A stretch of DNA of 64,000 bases, taken from the NCBI GenBank assembly GCA_013265495.1, contig MU058844.1, positions 1,494,941 through 1,558,940 of the forward strand. Direction: 5' to 3'. Each line of letters starts with the position of its first letter. Positions within the stretch are counted from its first letter, which is position 1. Of the stretch, positions 58,480 to 64,000 are shown piece by piece. Made by a program: the position numbers and the translations under genes. The notes under the pieces were generated by a model. The model was not told where the DNA came from. It searched no databases and saw only the letters and a program-made list of their open reading frames with translations. Origin of the DNA: Vicugna vicugna. Lineage: Eukaryota.

Positions 58480-59450
58480 AATATATTAAGTAAAGTGATG
58501 AGATACAAAAAGAAGGAGGAAAACCAAATATGCAGGTGTTTTCATGGAGAGTTGGATGGAGAGCAAGGATTAGGGGGAGACCTGGTTTAAGGTCCATCAG
58601 TGTTGGCTGAAGAGTTGGACTTTTCTTTATTGTAAATGTGCTGTCAAAGATGGTTTTTAAGGGGGGAGTTCGATGATCAGAGCCATGTTCTAGAGTGATT
58701 CACTTTGCTCAGGTATGAGGAGGAAGGAATGTGATGAGGCTCAGGATGGATGACAAAGACCTGCTGGAGAGACTAGGAATTAAGTTGGTGACATTTAAGA
58801 GGTTATCACAAGGAAAAGGTTATCACAAAGGAAAAATTCACAAGATTTAATAATGGAATTAATACATGGTAAAAGATTACAGAGTAAAAAATCTAGGGCC
58901 ATGCACAGTGCCTGGCACATAGCAGATACTCTATAAATATTTGTTGAAAAAAATAAGTAAACAATTGAAGGAAGTTACAATCTGAGAAATTTAGAAAAGT
59001 TTGGGACTATGGGTTGAGTTAGGAAATGAGGAAAAGTTGGTTAGAAGAAATGAGTGGCTGAAATTTTAATTTTGGACATGTTTTAATGAAGGCAATTGCT
59101 GTATGTAAAGATGAAAATGCAGAGTGGAACCATTGGTTTGCATATCTGGAAAAAGGCCATGGTTGGAGATAGAGATTTTAGAATGATTAATGTGAAGCAA
59201 ACAGCTGATGATGTGAATAGAAGAGATCATCTAGGGATGCTTGTAAAAAGACGAAGACTGAGGACACTGAGGACACAAGCTTGGCAAGGTGCCATGGGAC
59301 TGGGGCAGAGTATGAGGAAATAGAAGCAACAAAGGAGACTGGGCAGGAATTGTCAGACAAGTAAGAGGAGGATGGTGTCAAGAAAGCTAAGGAGAACAAA
59401 GGGTTAGTGAGGGATTGGTGGTCAGCTCTCACACACTGGTAAGAAAAGAT
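58480..59450 (-). mobile_element. L2 fragments (with a short + MIR/L2 tail near 58900-58950)
   Basis: 'gagttggacttttctt ... ggtttttaagggggg ... atgatcaga', 'ttttggacatgtt', 'ggttggagatagagattt ... ggtgtcaagaaagc'. Confidence 0.65.
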
Positions 59451-59459
59451 GGATAGAAA

Positions 59460-59640
59460 AAACAGGCAATCATCCAATATAAGAAACACAAATGGCCAAT
59501 AAGTATATGAACAAGTGTTTACCTGACTGTTAATTGAAACTATATAATGAGACACCATTTTTATTTCTCATATTGGCAAAGATTTACAAAAAATTGTATA
59601 GCATTGGCTCAGTTGGGCTGGATTGCACAACGTTGTAAGA
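59460..59640 (+). mobile_element. L1M ORF2 fragment
   Basis: 'acaaatggccaataagtatatgaacaagtgtt ... aaactatataatgagacaccatttt ... attggcaaagatt'. Confidence 0.7.
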
Positions 59641-59699
59641 ATGAAAGGGTCAGTGCATACTAGGTTTCCTACAGGGTAGACGGGTGGACATTGGCTTTG

Positions 59700-60120
59700 C
59701 TTACTGCAACAAAATGTCCAAGTGCTACAGCCATCCTCTTGATGTAGAAGTCATTCTTGACTCTTCCCTTTCTGCTCCCCTTCCCCGCATTCTATTCCAT
59801 TAACATGTCTTACAGATTCTACCCTTAAACATGTTCCAAGTCCACCTAAGGACATTCTCCACTGTTAGCCCCTTGGTCCAAGCCACCATCATCTAGCTTC
59901 TGTCCAGGCAACTATTCTTGCTTCTGCTCTCAGATTCCTGCAATCCATTTATCCTCCACACAACCAGAGAGAATAATGTTTCACTAGTGTAAAGTATATG
60001 ATGCCAATTCTCCTGCTTAAAACTCTGCAATGTCTTTTAATGGAGCTTAGAAGAAATCCCAGACTTCAAGGTTTTACATCCTCTGGCTCCTGCCTACCTC
60101 TCCATTCCCATATGTTTTTC
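59700..60120 (+). mobile_element. L2 fragment
   Basis: 'gtcattcttgactcttccctt ... gtccaagccaccatcatct ... ctcctgcttaaaactctgcaatg'. Confidence 0.75.
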
Positions 60121-60934
60121 CTGCTGACTGCTGGCCTGGTTCTAACTTAAAAGCTAGTGTTTGTAACTATCATTTGGGGAATAGAGGAAGATATAGTTTC
60201 TCTTGCTGCCTGCAGGTCAGTTTTCTCAGATTTACGTTAAGCCGCACTCTTCTGACTGCTTGTCACCAGTTGGCCCAAAGAGTCTTTGGTTTTGAATTCA
60301 AAAGTTTTGTCCTTGATCAATTCCCTTGTGCTAATGCAAACGCCTCCTTGGGAGATTTCCTTACCCAAATGACTCTGCTTTCAGAGAAGCCACTATTTTG
60401 TCAATTTTGAAATCTAGGACAAGCCCTAATTCTAGGTCTCTGCCTTGTGTTCATGGAACACCTCAAGCTAAATTTATATTTTCATGACTTTGCTTCCTTT
60501 TCTGGACTCTGTCTCGTCTCCAAATTGTTAGTGGTTTTTGCTGTTCTCATTGGAGCAGCCACATGATTATGGGAGCCTACAAATGGGGAACAGAACTGGT
60601 TATTAAGATGGGGCATGTAGAGTTCGTAACAACTTATTAACTGCTGGGTGTGGCCCCCATGAACCCGGCAAGCTCAGACTCATAGTGCTTCTCCTTGAAT
60701 TTACCCTGGGGAAGAGGCTTAGTTAGCAGTTCTTTCAGAGCCTGGGATTTGGTGCCAGGTGTTTTCCTTGTAAAACAGCTTTTACTTTACTCAGGGCAAT
60801 CAGAGTCTTGGGTTGCCTCCCACAAGGAAAAACTGGTGACCCATTTCAGTTAGAACTGCTGGACACATTCCTTGAGATCTAACATGATTTTGGGGGAACA
60901 AGGAAAGTACCTGTCAGTTGAGTTTGGGAGAATT

Positions 60935-61560
60935 ATTTTTTATTGTGTTAAAATAGACACAACATGAAATTTACCATTTTAATCATTTTAAAGTGTACAA
61001 TTCAGGGCATTAAGTGCAGCCATGGTGTGTGCAGCTATCACCACTATCTAGTTCCAGAACATTCTCATCTCCCTAAAGGAAACTCCATGTTCATTAGGAA
61101 TCACTCCCCATCTCCCCATGGAAACCACAAATCTGCTTTCCATCTCTATAGATTTGCCTATTCTGGATATTTCAAATATGTGGAATCATACAATGTGTGG
61201 CCTTTTATGTCTGGCTTCTTTCACTTAGCATGTTTTCAAACTTCATCTGTGTTGTAGCATGTATCAAAACTTCATTCTTTTTGTGGCCAAATAATATTCC
61301 ACTGTGTGGGTAGACCACATTTTATTTACACATCCTTCTGTTGATGGGTATTTGGGTTGTTTCCAGCTTTAGGCTTTTGTGAGTGGTGCTGCTGTGGTAT
61401 TTGTACTAAGGTTTTGTTTGAATCTGTGTTTTTAATTCTTTGGGGTGTACTTAGGAGTGGCATTGCCGGATCATATGGTAATCCTATGTTTAACTTATTG
61501 AGGACACACCACGGTGGCTGAACAATTTTTCAATCCCACCAGTAATGTATGAAGATGCGT
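60935..61560 (-). mobile_element. L1MB/L1MA-like 3' end
   Basis: 'acatgaaatttaccattttaatcattttaaagtgtacaattcag ... ttccagaacattctcatc ... tagatttgcctattctggatatttca ... tggcttctttcacttagcatg'. Confidence 0.9.
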
Positions 61561-62029
61561 TTTGGAGAATTTTAAGAATGTTTTGTAAAGGTGTCTGTGC
61601 CTATAAGTGAATCATTAAATGACACTTGGATGCTTGTGAAGAAAACTGATTTATATTTTTTGAATGAGGTGAATTTACTCCTCCTTCTTGATGAAATTCT
61701 CTCTCCTACAGGGATGAGAGTGGATCATGGTGGCTAATTTTGAGTTGGGTTCTAGGAAGTTTTGAAAGCTGCTTGTCAGGGCACCTGCATGTAAGAAGAT
61801 TACATGTGTAGTGTTTTGAAATAGTAACAGTTTAGTTGTGCAGAAATGTAACTTTACCTTTTCTATTACTGAGCTCTGGTATCCCCATTTCTGATGACAT
61901 TAAAAACTTCCTGATCTTACCACTGAAAAGTCATGTGGTCTGTTTTGTTTTAAATAATAATGAGTAATTAAAACTTGTTAATTCAACTCAGGATTTAAAC
62001 TCATTAATTCAAAGGTCAACCCACCTACT

Positions 62030-63400
62030 ACAGTTGTTCTGGGCCTGGCTCTCCCCACTGCTTCCCTCCATCCCAGGAAGATACAAACATCATGACATTG
62101 GGGAGGTGTGGTTGGTCCACACATCCTTTTCAGGTCCTCACTACCTCTGCTTGGTCTTTTGACATGAGCCTTGTTGCTATATCTGTCTGAACTGCACTGG
62201 CCAAGCCTTTGGGAATGTACCAGAATTTTCTACTGACATCTACAGCCTTGCCCATGCCCTATAGTGACAAGATGTGGGCCCACTGAACCTTTTTTCTCAG
62301 ACCCTAGGCTTCCTCCAATCCCCTGGACCTCTCAGCATTCATATCGCTCTCTCATATCTGCAGCCATGGGTGATGGGCTATAAATCCAGTGGATCCCATA
62401 GTATTTGCCCATCAGCCATGGCTGCAGGTCTGGGCTGCAGCCCCATTGATCTGATGCAGTGTTGTGTGGGAATCCCATTTGGGTGGGTTGAACTCTAAGC
62501 CCTCAAGTAATGGTACTGGTGGAGACCCTGTGGATAAGAAGTCACTTTCACATCTGGAATATCTGTTGTTGAGTCAAAATGAATCTTTGTTACTCTAGGA
62601 TAGAAAGGATCCAGTGGAGGTAACTTCTACGACTAAGTGGATTGTTGGTGTCCTCGAGAGATGTTCTTGTATAAAGCTATTAGCATTAGTCAGTGCGGCT
62701 GGCAGGTAGCGAATAGAAACCCATGATTGTGGGCCCATGTATAGCCTCTTTCCCTGCCACCATGGTTCTGTATTTACAAACCCATCATGCCAACCCTGGG
62801 AAAGCAAGTGACAGAGGCTGCCTGATATCAGCTGGCCAAGTCATTCTCTCTCCTTGGTTGTTTGGTGCCTCCTCCTTGGATGATACTCTATGATGGTTAG
62901 TAACATCTAATGAAAATGCAAAGATCTTCTCTCTTCAAGCCCCAAAGTCTTTCCATGGTATATATTCCAGACCTTCTTGTCTCTGATCTTCTAATATTTC
63001 TTCTTCCAGGTCTCTGACTAAATAGCTAAGCTATTTGTTGAGTCCATGAACCTTTAATATTAGGACACTTCTCTTTCCATGTAAAGAAGATCAGGTACAT
63101 TCCCTGAATATCTGCCCACCGGAGAAATTTTGACCTCACCAGACCTTGCCTTCTGCACCATCACTGATTAGGGATGCAGTGTGGCTCAAATCCATTTTCA
63201 GCTATTTATCACATACTGACCCATATTCAAGGTCATGAGATAGACCATCCATGAACCAAGTCTGCCATTGGAAGAGGTACTGTACTAATGGGATCATAAT
63301 GGGTGACATGAGTCTACCTCCTTGTGTCTCACATTTGTACCTCTGGCCATATCCTGGCTTTGATGCCAATATTTCACTTCCAGCTACGATTCATTTCTTC
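62030..63400 (-). mobile_element. Decayed ERVL/MaLR-type internal sequence (pol: RNase H to integrase)
   Basis: Minus-strand remnants in the expected order: WFMDG (about 63243-63259; cf. AWFTDGS), LRWADIQ (about 63103-63124; cf. SQWAEL), SETWKKKY*KIRDKKVW (62967-63017; cf. SGTWKEHDWKIGDKEIW). Stops and frameshifts are present. May extend toward 64000. Confidence 0.75.
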
Positions 63401-64000
63401 TGAGCCTGCCTGATTTGGTGTGTGGAGAACTCAGCTCCTATTGGGAACTTCAAGACTCATGGTCAATTTCTGCTTCATGGCCATACACTCAGTCTTTATC
63501 AGAGCCAAGTAGCACACTTAAGCAGGTTTTGGAAAGGTGTATGCTGCAGATGGCATTGCCTTGTTTCAGAATTCTAAAGATGATTCTCTTATTTTGGCTT
63601 GCCTTAAACTCTACTCTGCACATTTCCTTAACTTTGATACATCTACTAACTTAGGGTCTGCTGAGTCAGTGGTCCAGATAGCAAGACCACTTGCATCACA
63701 ACCATTGCCTATGCTGGTCCTCACTCAGAACTGGAAGCCTTTCATGTCACCTGGTTTCTGGGTCAGAGGGATATTCAGATACAGGCAGTCTTCAAAAATA
63801 AGAAATGAACTTGGTTGAAGTCGGTCTGTCTAGTTGAGAGCAATTTCCAGTAAGACTGATAGCCACAGGCTGTCAGTTGGTAGCACTCTCAGCATCTGAG
63901 AGTAAAACCCCTTCTATCACAAAAAGGGATCCTGGCAGCACAGAACAGAGTCCACTGTGGCTCAAGGCAGTGAGGCTGATGGCTGATTTATCTACAGCCA

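Noticed and set aside
4750..63670. About a dozen AP-1 (TGASTCA) and several octamer matches across the window
   Set aside because: The count is near chance expectation for 7-8-mers in 64 kb; only those in motif clusters were mentioned.
185..63818. Six-frame ORFs of 60-125 aa as protein-coding genes
   Set aside because: All are short with no recognisable domains, and many lie inside repeats or microsatellites; this is what non-coding mammalian DNA produces by chance. Only the L1- and ERVL-derived ones have identifiable origins.
1..64000. Known miRNA, snoRNA or snRNA genes
   Set aside because: A by-eye check for several common conserved miRNA sequences found only short partial matches and no convincing hairpin. 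An Rfam/miRBase scan is needed to exclude them properly.

Overview
Mammalian non-coding genomic DNA: AT-rich, CpG-depleted and dominated by old interspersed repeats (MIR, L2, CR1/L3, L1M, MaLR/ERVL LTRs, hAT-Charlie and Tigger MITEs). Two tRNA-derived SINEs and a young L1 3' end look like camelid elements, so the source is probably Camelidae (recognised from memory, not searched). I found no protein-coding gene I can name. The only ORFs with recognisable content are decayed L1 ORF1/ORF2 and ERVL pol remnants. The window looks like a large intron or intergenic/lncRNA territory. The main leads are: (i) a few very short exon-like segments with good splice signals on the minus strand, including a 9-nt microexon candidate at 10814-10822; (ii) nested or rearranged retrotransposition events with visible target-site duplications (TSDs); (iii) a recent tandem duplication with a microhomology junction; (iv) repeat-free motif clusters that may be enhancers. 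Nothing here establishes a new biological system. Repeat boundaries are approximate unless TSDs are given, and subfamily names are by-eye matches to remembered consensus sequences.
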